Part shown: in pieces, positions 11,752 through 20,496 of the stretch
How the letters are laid out: each line of letters starts with the position of its first letter
Position numbering within the stretch: position 1 is the stretch's first letter
Source: an uncultured virus (IMG/VR IMGVR_UViG_3300021400_000104)
Lineage: Duplodnaviria; Heunggongvirae; Uroviricota; Caudoviricetes
DNA length: 61,273 nucleotides
Virus record (IMG/VR): IMGVR_UViG_3300021400_000104
Strand: one strand, 5' to 3'
The notes under the pieces: model-generated
The model's database searches: none
Told to the model about the DNA's origin: nothing
The model's input: the letters and a program-made list of their open reading frames with translations, nothing else
Program-made: the position numbers and the translations under genes

Positions 11752-12045
11752 TTAATTTTTATGCCAAGTAATCATATCAATAAGAACATGAACTTCGTCA
11801 CCATTTTCCATATTGAAAACGATTACATCGTTCTGATAGCCGTTTGGTATATATTCATACTCTATTACATCCTCACTCTTATAATCAGCTCCATTAGCTG
11901 TAAAAGATAAATAGTGTTCCAAGTGGGAATCAATTACATCGTTTCCCTCTGAGCGCTGGCAAGAAGTAAGCGCAACTACTAATCCTAGAATGAATAATAC
12001 AAAAGCAATTATAGTAACTTCTGAAATTAAGCTCTCTTCTGTCAT
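11752..12045 (-). CDS. putative lipoprotein
   Basis: Hydrophobic N-terminus ending LTSC; C-terminus resembles the ORF at 8936-9235. Confidence 0.5.
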   Translation of the reverse strand: MTEESLISEVTIIAFVLFILGLVVALTSCQRSEGNDVIDSHLEHYLSFTANGADYKSEDVIEYEYIPNGYQNDVIVFNMENGDEVHVLIDMITWHKN

Positions 12046-12394
12046 TACTGATACTCCTTTAACTGCGGTGTAGCAAGTTCAATTGTGCCGCCCTCCACAA
12101 AATCCTTTACTTTTTCATTATCAACATATAAAATAGTTGAATTGCTACCCGCTTTTAGCGTAACTCTATACTGAGTATTATTATTATTTAGAGCTTGAAC
12201 TTCAACTATCTCATACTCGATAGGTATGGTATTTCGCTTTCCCTATCCAATTGCAGAACAAACTAAACCTGCAATAATAAGAAGCGCGCATATTACAATT
12301 CTTTTAATAGACCCATCAAAACGTATGATACCGAGACTGCCAATAATGGCAATCCCGATACCTCCATAGAAAAGAATATTAGCCAACATTCAAA

Positions 12395-13729
12395 TCACTC
12401 CTTCTTTTCAATGCCGTTATTCATCATAGACATAAGAGCCATCATCTTAAAGATGTCATCCTTCCCACTCTGATTGCCAAGCAGGAAAAGCGGAGCCATC
12501 TTGGTGAAGTCCATATTCATGCCCTTGCCGCTGCCCATCTGGCTCATAAGCATCATCATGCCAAATGCAGAAGAATCGCTATTTTCATCACTCATCATCA
12601 TCAACGGCAGAATATTGCCAAAAGGATTATCCGGAGTTGCCTCACCAAACAGGTTAGTCGGAGCTACTACCTTACTGTAGAAGGAAAAGCCGAACATATT
12701 TACCTGCGGAACAATTGTTACAATCTCACTCTTATCAGTATTAATTGCAGTAATGTAAGACTCTCCAACACTATCTACAAGCACAAAATCTTCGCCCTTG
12801 CAAATAATATCACCAACCTGGATGTCCTTCAACGATACCGGCATTACAAATAGCGGCATCTCAATGACAAATTCATTTACATTAACCGCTGGCTGATCCT
12901 TCTTGTATACAAGATAATCACCATCACTGGACTTAAAAGCCATACCCTGCATAGAATATGCAACCTTATCAGTATTAAGCTGGCCAAACTTCACGTTCTT
13001 CATAATGTTACCAAAAATATTCTTCATTGATTTTCTCTCCTTTTTCTTTGCAAAAGATATTGTTTCTTCTTCCTTTGGGTTCTTCGGAATATCTATTTCC
13101 TCAACTGTATTGTAAGTCGGAATTGCTCCTGCACTTACAAGACTATCCCATTCATTAATAGACTTGTTTCTCACTCCGTTTTCCTTTCCATATGGCTTAA
13201 GCTCAGCTCGAAGATCCCAGCAGCACAAATCATTCTTTGTATAAAAGTGAATACCCTCACAGTCAAACTTTACTTTCTCATTATTAATATCAGATAATGT
13301 AAAGCCATGAGGCGTATTAGCCACTATATTATTAAGGTCTTGCCAAAGTTTCTCATGACTATCTACCTGAATAGAGAGAGTACCTTTTTCCTCCTAAGGC
13401 ACTGTATCTGAAACTATTGAACTTATTACTTCATAATTATAAATTGTTTTCAATCCGTCACCATAAGATAAAATTTTATCAGCATACTCTTCTATACTAT
13501 CTGCTTCAATAATAAATGCACCAACTACAAGAACACTCTTATCATCATAATCAGGCTTTTTCGGCGCAGAATCTCCAAAATCTCTAATTGACTTAATCTA
13601 AATTTTATCAGAAAGGTTTGGAAGAGATAAATTCTCATGTAGAAAATAATTATATGCTTTCTCGGTATATTTTCCATTTGCATCTGGAAATTTTACGCTT
13701 ATAATTTTTGTAGAAAATAGTTTATTCAT
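12395..13729 (-). CDS. hypothetical protein with Met-rich C-terminus (TAG-recoded N-terminal extension)
   Basis: Frame extends upstream through TAG codons to ATG at 13729 with GGAGG RBS; C-terminal NPFG...LPLMMM repeats. Confidence 0.6.
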
Positions 13730-14251
13730 GTCAACAATTTCTCCTCCTTCTTAAAATAGCCGGCTCCACTAATAGACATATCAACGACATTATCCCAATT
13801 ATGTAAATTACACACTATAATTCCTAAACAATGTAAAAAAACAACCTATATTTTTTCACCGTTAATTAGAAATAAAATCTAAGAAACTTTAAATGTTTCG
13901 TTAACTTTAAAACAATTTCTCATCCAAGGAGCCATATAGGCGGAAAATCTGACATCTAAAGATATTGGACTACCAAATTCATTAAGATTTTTTTCTATTT
14001 CCACATTTCTCGTACTTAACCATATTTCCTATCCATTTAATAATGTTATTCTAGTAGCAACATTCACATATCTTCATCCTCCTCTTCTTTTATATCTTCA
14101 ATACGCTCAATAATAATCTCGATAAAAATTATTGCCGCCGGTGTAAGAATCATTAGCATAAGTAAAGAAAGCAACTCATTCATAAGCCTATCTCTCCTTT
14201 CTACATTTATATTATATCATACTTCTATAAAAAAGTCAAGTAAATAAAAAT

Positions 14252-14281
14252 TGCGGCACTATAGAAATCTATAGCGCCGCA
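14252..14281 (-). terminator. GC-armed hairpin, probable intrinsic terminator
   Basis: GCGGCGCTATAG/CTATAGTGCCGC followed by T-rich tract; similar GCCGC-armed hairpins at 25371-25407, 28462-28488 and 36071-36106. Confidence 0.6.
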
Positions 14282-14354
14282 CGATTCTGCTCTTCAATAA
14301 AGGCATAATATAAAATTTTCCTAAACATAGCATTAGTGTTGCTGGAAGAATCGT
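14281..14354 (-). ncRNA. CAGCAA-stem RNA element (family member)
   Basis: ACGATTCT-TCCAGCAA...AGAATCGT. Confidence 0.65.
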
Positions 14355-14360
14355 AAATAT

Positions 14361-14540
14361 CATGACGGTACCCTTTAGGATTTTTGCTCATGTCCTCGAT
14401 GAGTCACATCTAGCTTTCAGGTGACTAAAAAACCTTGCTCATGTCCTCGATGAGTCACATCAACTTAGGTAGCTGAAAACCTGTTAAAATAAAATTAACT
14501 CCAATTCATTTCTATTAAAAGTGGATTGCTGAACCGCCAT
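14361..14540 (-). ncRNA. CAGCAA-stem RNA element with an internal 27-bp direct repeat
   Basis: ATGGCGGT-TCAGCAA...ACCGTCAT; repeat ttgctcatgtcctcgatgagtcacatc at 14384-14410 and 14435-14461. Confidence 0.65.
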
Positions 14541-14572
14541 ATCTATACAAAGGCGGACTAGCCGCCTTTATA

Positions 14573-16045
14573 TTACTTCCACTGGAATGCAGGCTTAGAA
14601 AGGATTTCTACCATCGCCTCGTAAGCATTCTTCTCAATGAGAGAAGTCAAGTTTGCAAAAGGTCCAACTCCGTACCCCGAAACGAAACCTACGCGCTCAG
14701 ACTGCTGTGCAAGCACACGCCCGCCACGAGATTCTACGTTCCAAAGAATGAGCTTAGGAGCCTTCAAACCAATGGCTGCATACTTCTTCTCCCACTTACT
14801 TGCAATAGAGTCACAGAAGTTACCAGAGTACCAACCATCAATCTCCATATCAGAGATTACAACCAATGCCTTAGGAGCCTCATTTGCATGAGCGGCAACC
14901 TCATAGATTGTAGCAAAAGCTGCATCTAGATTAGTGCTATAGCCTACGCCATGACTCTTTACATAGTTAAGGCAATCTGCCAAGCTCCACTCATCCTTCA
15001 GATGAATGAAGGCAGGCTTGGAGGTAAAAGTAAGATACATATTGTGATATGCACCCTTATTCCTCTGCGCGAAGTAAGTAGCAAGACCGATAGAAGTTGC
15101 CATAGGACGATTCATATCACAGCTCATAGAGCCAGATACGTCCGCCATTACAACGACCTCATTCTCACCAGACACATAGTTAGGCAGAGCCTTCCACTGT
15201 GCTTCATCAACAGCATCAAGAGTCATCTTACCGTAGTATCCATCACCATTCAATGCCTTCATAACAATGTCATAAGGATACAAAGTTGCTGCATTAACCT
15301 TAGCCTCACCCTTTACGAGAGAAGCCTTGTATTCAGCAAAACGCTCCTGACAACGCTTGTTATAAGTATTGATATAACGAGACATAGCTACAGAAGGTAC
15401 AGACTCGAAATCAATCTTATCCCACTCACCGGCACTCATAAGACGCTCAACAATGTTGATATGCTTACGAAGTGCACTAAGGCTCTTACGATAAGTACGC
15501 TCAGTCAGTCCAAGACGAGTGCAGGCACGACGTGCGAGCTTACGAGTCTCATTAGAACTGGTATTAATAGAAGGCATCCACTTACCAAGCAAAGAAATTG
15601 GCTGATTAAGCCGAATTCCCTTTACGTCAGCACGAAACTGCTCCTCAATATAATCCCACATCTTGTTCTCAATCGCAGAATTGCCTACGAAAATAAACAA
15701 GTCATCCCAACGACCTGCCGCAACAATGGTATCAAAGTTACGAATTACCTTCTGGGGATCAAGTTCACCAAGTGCCTTCAAAAGCGCTCTACCAATCTTA
15801 CGCTCACCAAGACCAGTATTACGAATATCACGGGCATAAAGAATAAGACTATCTGCAAGCTCCTTATCCTCCTTACGCGCCGCCTTCCATGCAGATACAA
15901 CATCAGAAGTATTTCGATTTCTCATACCGCCGATATTAGCGAACAAATCAAGCAAAGTTGAGCCAGTAGTGCTGAATGCACGGCCACCATTCTCAGTTGC
16001 AGTCATATCTGCCATACGATTAAAAGTGTTTGCAAAATTACTCAT
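14573..16045 (-). CDS. DUF2828-type, Ro60/TROVE-like helical-ring plus vWA protein
   Basis: TENG...STTG...LDLF, YARDIR...GLGER, GRWDDL, KWMPS, vWA MIDAS DVSGSM, ISDME, LILWNV; no TAG codons. Confidence 0.8.
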   Translation of the reverse strand: MSNFANTFNRMADMTATENGGRAFSTTGSTLLDLFANIGGMRNRNTSDVVSAWKAARKEDKELADSLILYARDIRNTGLGERKIGRALLKALGELDPQKVIRNFDTIVAAGRWDDLFIFVGNSAIENKMWDYIEEQFRADVKGIRLNQPISLLGKWMPSINTSSNETRKLARRACTRLGLTERTYRKSLSALRKHINIVERLMSAGEWDKIDFESVPSVAMSRYINTYNKRCQERFAEYKASLVKGEAKVNAATLYPYDIVMKALNGDGYYGKMTLDAVDEAQWKALPNYVSGENEVVVMADVSGSMSCDMNRPMATSIGLATYFAQRNKGAYHNMYLTFTSKPAFIHLKDEWSLADCLNYVKSHGVGYSTNLDAAFATIYEVAAHANEAPKALVVISDMEIDGWYSGNFCDSIASKWEKKYAAIGLKAPKLILWNVESRGGRVLAQQSERVGFVSGYGVGPFANLTSLIEKNAYEAMVEILSKPAFQWK

Positions 16046-16064
16046 TACACATTTCTCCTTTTCA

Positions 16065-16097
16065 CAAGATAAAGTTTTTATTTTGATGTTTTATCTT
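16065..16097 (-). promoter_or_regulatory. minimal CAGCAA-like stem (CATCAA variant) in the 5' UTR of the Ro-like gene
   Basis: AAGATAAA-ACATCAA...TTTATCTT between the promoter at 16112-16140 and the RBS. Confidence 0.5.
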
Positions 16098-16152
16098 CTC
16101 ACTATAATAATATTATAGCATACTTTCTAAAAAAAGTCAAATAAATAATTGA

Positions 16153-16245
16153 CGCGGAGAGTGGGATTCGAACCCACGGGTCAGATACTAAGCTGACACA
16201 ATAGCTTTCAAGGCTATACGCTTATGACCACTTGCGCACCTCCGC
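16153..16245 (-). tRNA. tRNA-Ser(TGA)
   Basis: ATAGC-CT TGA AA-GCTAT, long variable arm, G73. Confidence 0.9.
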
Positions 16246-16248
16246 ATA

Positions 16249-16375
16249 TCAAGACGGGGAATACTTTTCAATGCTTCCGTTACACCACTAAGCCTTCCGA
16301 CTTAGAGAGGATTCGAACCTCTACCTTTTGTTAGACATACAAATATAAGTAAAAGTGTATTGCTGAACCGTCTTT
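16249..16375 (-). ncRNA. Y-RNA (YrlA)-like element with permuted tRNA-like domain
   Basis: AAGACGG-TTCAGCAA...T-arm AGAGG TTCGAAT CCTCT, closed acceptor hairpin CTAAGTC-GGAA-GGCTTAG, D-arm-like TGGTGTAACGGAAGCA...CCGTCTT. Confidence 0.75.
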
Positions 16376-16376
16376 A

Positions 16377-16448
16377 AACCGCAGAGCAGATTCGAACTGC
16401 CATATACTTCTTTAGGAGAGAAGTGCCTATCCTTTAGGCTACTGCGGC
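16377..16448 (-). tRNA. tRNA-Arg(CCT)
   Basis: CTTCT-CT CCT AA-AGAAG. Confidence 0.9.
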
Positions 16449-16568
16449 ATTTATAAAACCCTTACTTGTAAACAAAACAATCCTTTTATTATATCCACAT
16501 TCACATCGTGATTTATGCTCACACAAGAGAGACGCATGGAGAAGGGTACGCCGAAAGGGTACGGCGGC

Positions 16569-16642
16569 TGGAGCAGAATACGGGAATCGAACCCGCACCA
16601 AGTGCATGGGAAGCACCGATTCTACCATTAAACTAATTCTGC
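16569..16642 (-). tRNA. tRNA-Gly(CCC)
   Basis: GGTGC-TT CCC AT-GCACT, U73, encoded CCA. Confidence 0.9.
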
Positions 16643-16648
16643 ATTTAA

Positions 16649-16719
16649 AGGGTCTACCCCGAATCGAACGGGGATTTGATGTTTTGCAGACATCTGTCCT
16701 ACCTTTAAACGATAGACCC
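16649..16719 (-). tRNA. tRNA-Cys(GCA)
   Basis: GATGT-CT GCA AA-ACATC, U73. Confidence 0.9.
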
Positions 16720-16724
16720 AATAG

Positions 16725-16798
16725 TCGCCCATCCCAGATTCGAACTGGGACTAAATACTTTTTGAGAGTACCGCCTCTACCTGTTGGGCTAATGGGCG
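16725..16798 (-). tRNA. tRNA-Leu(CAA), short variable arm
   Basis: GTACT-CT CAA AA-AGTAT. Confidence 0.85.
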
Positions 16799-16985
16799 TT
16801 ATCTAAAGAGGAATATAAATATTCCTCTAAATTAGGTGATTACTCACCCTTAAGCCTGCGAAGTTGCCGCTTTAGCTTATTAATAATTCTAAAATTAATT
16901 CCCTCTCCACGCGAAGTTAGAAGTCTAATCCGATTTTCCATCATCTTAATTTGTAACTCTTTACTCATTTAATTTTCTCCTTCAC

Positions 16986-17225
16986 TTATTTCTTAATATA
17001 TTGTGCGGGATAGCAACGAAAAAAACCACCAAGATAAAAAGAATGATCTGTCTTAGTAGACATTATGCGAAAGATAATCTCTGCAGCATCTTCCGTTGAC
17101 ATCTCTGAGTCCCCATCTTTTAACCTATTACAAACTTTTTCTATCGCATAAAGAATAGCCTCATTAATAGTATCAAAAATATAGAAACCCTCATTACATA
17201 CCTCTAAAACAATAAACTGTTTCAT
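16986..17225 (-). CDS. hypothetical protein
   Basis: 79 aa ORF after promoter and RBS. Confidence 0.55.
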   Translation of the reverse strand: MKQFIVLEVCNEGFYIFDTINEAILYAIEKVCNRLKDGDSEMSTEDAAEIIFRIMSTKTDHSFYLGGFFRCYPAQYIKK

Positions 17226-17297
17226 ATTTTCCTCACTTTCTATTAATATTATACTATAATTTTCTTAAAAAGTAAAATCTTTTATTGCCAATTGAAG

Positions 17298-17370
17298 GGC
17301 GCAAGAAGAGAATTGAACTCTTAATTGCGGTGCCACAAACCGCCGTGATAACCATTTCACTACTCACACC
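17298..17370 (-). tRNA. tRNA-His(GTG)
   Basis: GCGGT-TT GTG GC-ACCGC; extra G-1. Confidence 0.88.
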
Positions 17371-17375
17371 ATAAT

Positions 17376-17490
17376 TCAAGACTCCTTTTTGTCCGGATAA
17401 TGGATTTGAACCATTGATTACGTTCATATTATGAGCGCGCCTTAACCCACTTGGCTAATCTGGAAGAAAAATAAATAGCTGAAGAGTCTT
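17376..17490 (-). ncRNA. CAGCAA-stem element enclosing an intact-order tRNA-like cloverleaf
   Basis: AAGACTC-TTCAGCTA...TCCAGAT TA GCCAAGTGGGTTAAGGC...ATGG TTCAAAT CCAT TATCCGGA...GAGTCTT. Confidence 0.7.
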
Positions 17491-17500
17491 AATTAAATTA

Positions 17501-17590
17501 TCAAGACAGCTCGTGCCATTTAGCAAGCGGCACTTTTGTTAAAATACATTTTATGTGTATGGAGCTATTTAAAATTTGCTGCGCTGTCTT
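17501..17590 (-). ncRNA. CAGCAA-stem RNA element
   Basis: AAGACAGC-GCAGCAA...GCTGTCTT. Confidence 0.7.
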
Positions 17591-17594
17591 TAAA

Positions 17595-17672
17595 TGGTGC
17601 CGCGGAAGGGATTCGAACCCATACTGTTTTGCTCCTAAGGCAAACGTCTCCTGCCAATTGGACTACCACGGC
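17595..17672 (-). tRNA. tRNA-Leu(TAG), short variable arm
   Basis: TTTGC-CT TAG GA-GCAAA, encoded CCA. Confidence 0.88.
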
Positions 17673-17691
17673 ATTCGAGGTGATTAACACC

Positions 17692-18210
17692 TCACTTAGA
17701 AATTTTATTTGCAATACCAGAAGCAGTATAACTATCTGGCTTAATTACACAATCATACCCAGATGCTTCAACCCATCCTGTAATTTCATTAATAAGCTCT
17801 TTTGTTTTTCCAGCATGACCAATATCACAATGAATTACAAAATGAATATTGAGTTTATCAATATCAATTCCGTCCTCAAGTAACTGAAGTTGAACTTCAT
17901 CAAGCAACCCTTCTGCATTAGAAAGACTACGAGATGTCTCTTCAACAATTTTAGTTTTTAGAGAACGAATTTTAGTTACATAATCAGTATGATAGAAAAA
18001 AATACCACCGCTACCAATTCTCGATAAAGCTATAACCTCAACCATCTTAGTGGTATCATGACTCTGGCTATCAGTTCCTACCGTGATTTCATATTTGCGT
18101 GTGGTATCTTCTTTAATATAATTTGCAATAATTCTTACCATTTCAGAGTAAGAAACTGATTGACCATTGCCACGGCGAAAAATTTTTTCGTGTGTACTAA
18201 TGGAATTCAT
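17692..18210 (-). CDS. RNase H-like YkuK (DUF458) family protein
   Basis: ITVGTDSQ, GSGGIFFY, IHCDIG..GKT, IKPDSY.AS.IANK motifs. Confidence 0.8.
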   Translation of the reverse strand: MNSISTHEKIFRRGNGQSVSYSEMVRIIANYIKEDTTRKYEITVGTDSQSHDTTKMVEVIALSRIGSGGIFFYHTDYVTKIRSLKTKIVEETSRSLSNAEGLLDEVQLQLLEDGIDIDKLNIHFVIHCDIGHAGKTKELINEITGWVEASGYDCVIKPDSYTASGIANKISK

Positions 18211-18298
18211 ATATATCTATCTCCTTTTATAAATTCCCGGTTGTGGTGTCGCATAACCGGAAACTGCGTAGGCTTTAGCCGGTAGCCTATAACCTTAA

Positions 18299-18372
18299 TA
18301 GGGAACAAGGGACTCGAACCCTCACTAATACGCACCTTAAACGTATGCCTCTGCCAATTGGGCTAATTCCCC
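18299..18372 (-). tRNA. tRNA-Leu(AAG), short variable arm
   Basis: TACGT-TT AAG GT-GCGTA. Confidence 0.8.
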
Positions 18373-18460
18373 ATTTGTGCCGCGCTCAGCAACACGGCAC
18401 TTTTCATAATAATTTTGGAGGTATCACTATGAAAAAATCAAAATTGCCCTTGCGGGCCAG

Positions 18461-18534
18461 TCGGGATGACAGGATTCGAACCTGCGGCATCTTGCACCCA
18501 AAGCAAGCGCTCTACCAAACTGAGCCACATCCCG
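18461..18534 (-). tRNA. tRNA-Pro(TGG)
   Basis: CTTGC-TT TGG GT-GCAAG, C1-G72. Confidence 0.92.
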
Positions 18535-18539
18535 ATATT

Positions 18540-18613
18540 TCAAGACGGATAATATAAATTAACAGCGTTACAAAATACACAGTTCTATTATATAAGAATT
18601 GCTGAACCGTCTT
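18540..18613 (-). ncRNA. CAGCAA-stem RNA element
   Basis: AAGACGG-TTCAGCAA...CCGTCTT. Confidence 0.7.
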
Positions 18614-18619
18614 ACTAAA

Positions 18620-19540
18620 TCAAGAATTTCTTTCCCAAAAAATTCCATTTTTATATCCCTAAATTGTTTTGTCTTCTTCTGCCATCTAAAGTCTTTGCTC
18701 TGCCCATAAAGCATATTGCGGCTCTGCTTCAATTCCTATATAATTACGTCCAAGTTTCTTTGCTGTTACACTTGTTGTACCTGAGCCAAGAAATGGATCT
18801 AAAATTATATCATTAGGATTTGAACTGGCAAGAATTAATTTCGCAACTAATTTTTCTGATTTCTATGTTGGATGAGCTGTATTTTCCTTCATAGACCAAA
18901 AAGGAATTGTAATATCACCCCAGAAATTTGATGGACAAGTATCTCGATAATTACCATCTTCTCCCTCAATCCAATCTTTAGGTTTACCATCTTGTCTATA
19001 AGTAGCAATTACTTCTTTTCTCATTTTTACAGCATCAAGATTAAAAGTATAATTGTTACTTTTTGTAGCAAACCATATATCTTCAAGCCCATTTTTCCAA
19101 TTAGATTTTGCTCCTCTACCTTTTTCTCTTTGCCAAGTAATTCGATTTCTAATTTTCAAATAATCTTGAAGAACACTACCAATAATAAGGCTACTTTCCC
19201 AATCGCAACAAACATACATAGTACCATTTTCTTTTAATAAAGGAGTAACAAGAGATAACCATTTTCTAGTATATTCCTCATACTCATTATTAGATTTTTT
19301 AGAAAACTTTGTACTGCTATATGTTTTTGTAAGATTATATGGTGGATCAACGATAATTAAATCAATACTTTCTTTTGGCAATAAAGGAAGAACATTAAAT
19401 GTATCTCCATTAATTGTCTTATTAAGAATAGTATCTAAGTTATCAACTTTTTCATTAAGTGAAATACACCTGGATAAATATTCCTATCCCTAAGAAATTG
19501 GAGTATCTATTGTTTTATTCCTTGGAGATTTCTAAGTCAT
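18620..19540 (-). CDS. beta-class N4C/N6A DNA methyltransferase (TAG-recoded)
   Basis: DPPY, HPT(TAG=Q)KS, DPFLGSGTT in one frame with six TAGs; ends TGA. Confidence 0.88.
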
Positions 19541-19617
19541 TATTCTTCCTCCTTCGCTTGGTTTCACATTGTGCCGCGACCATATAGGAATCGCCAAGCT
19601 ATATTACACAATGCAAA

Positions 19618-19694
19618 TGGTACCGGCGATGGGATTCGAACCCACAACGCATGGATTTTAAGTCCACTGTCTCTGCCAATTGGACTACGCCGGC
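19618..19694 (-). tRNA. tRNA-Leu(TAA), short variable arm
   Basis: GTGGA-CT TAA AA-TCCAT, encoded CCA. Confidence 0.88.
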
Positions 19695-19703
19695 ATTAAT
19701 AAA

Positions 19704-19830
19704 TCAAGATACGTTTTTAGTTTTTCTGCTCTACCAATTGAGCTACCCTCTCCAAAGATCGGGATTGGACTCGAACCAACAACACGAGAATTAAAAATTC
19801 TTAACTAAGTGTTTTGCTGTGCGTATCTTT
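19704..19830 (-). ncRNA. Y-RNA (YrlA)-like element with permuted tRNA-like domain
   Basis: AAGATACG-CACAGCAA...T-arm TTGG TTCGAGT CCAA, then closed acceptor-like hairpin, then D-arm TAGCTCAATTGGTAGAGC...CGTATCTT. Confidence 0.78.
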
Positions 19831-19833
19831 TAG

Positions 19834-19905
19834 TCACCCCAACGGGAGTCGAACCCGTGTCTCGAGGATGAAAACCTCGCGTCTTTGCCACTTGACTATA
19901 GGGCG
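19834..19905 (-). tRNA. tRNA-Glu(TTC)
   Basis: CGAGG-TT TTC AT-CCTCG. Confidence 0.88.
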
Positions 19906-19910
19906 ATTTA

Positions 19911-19981
19911 TTGCGGCCCTAGGACTCGAACCTAGATCTGCGGGTAATGAACCCACCGTGCTACCTTTACACCAAACCGCC
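19911..19981 (-). tRNA. tRNA-Met(CAT), initiator-like
   Basis: GTGGG-TT CAT TA-CCCGC with three G-C pairs; unpaired 1:72. Confidence 0.82.
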
Positions 19982-20049
19982 ATTTTTTTTCTTTTCTATA
20001 ATTATTATACTATAATTTTTAAGAAAAGTCAAATATTTAATTTTGTACA

Positions 20050-20496
20050 ATTAGTTGAAATCCAGCATCGCCAACGTGGAGGCTTGTACTTGATGCCATA
20101 GCTTCTGTACTACAGCTGCCAGCACATCTGGCAGAGAGGGAATCGCACCCTCTAAGCTAAAGAGTTTTATCCATCTACCCACTCTACGAAGGTACCACCT
20201 AGTCTCGCCGGTGGAATTGCGAGAATTTTCAAAGGATTTCTTACCTAACCGCTGCCACGGCACGCTCTCATATATGGCAGTATAAGGAACGATTCGGATT
20301 TAATACCACTTGTATCACACCCTGCTTGCTTTTACTTCGTCAGCTCCATCCTGAGTGTCTATGCGAAGGTTCTTGCTTGATTTAACTTAAGGGTAAGGCG
20401 CAAGCGAACGCCGACCAAAGAATCAAATAAAAGCGTTACATCTTTTCTTCGAAGAAGGAAACTTTGGGCAATTGAACCTACGGGTTTACCAACCCC
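20050..20496 (-). ncRNA. candidate large structured ncRNA (about 450 nt)
   Basis: GC-elevated, hairpin-dense, no convincing ORF, directly downstream of the tRNA-Gly CCA. Confidence 0.5.

Noticed and set aside
14384..14461. CRISPR array
   Set aside because: Only two repeats with a 24-nt spacer, and no cas genes in the window
14951..15961. 336 aa plus-strand ORF and the other plus-strand ORFs in the track
   Set aside because: Antisense shadows of minus-strand genes; no RBS, promoter or recognisable motifs
17595..17672. tRNA with TAG in the anticodon as an amber suppressor
   Set aside because: Anticodon UAG reads CUA (Leu); the real suppressors carry anticodon CUA at 21199-21346
18235..18295. 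Two-hairpin leader upstream of the YkuK-like gene as a riboswitch
   Set aside because: No aptamer consensus that I can recognise
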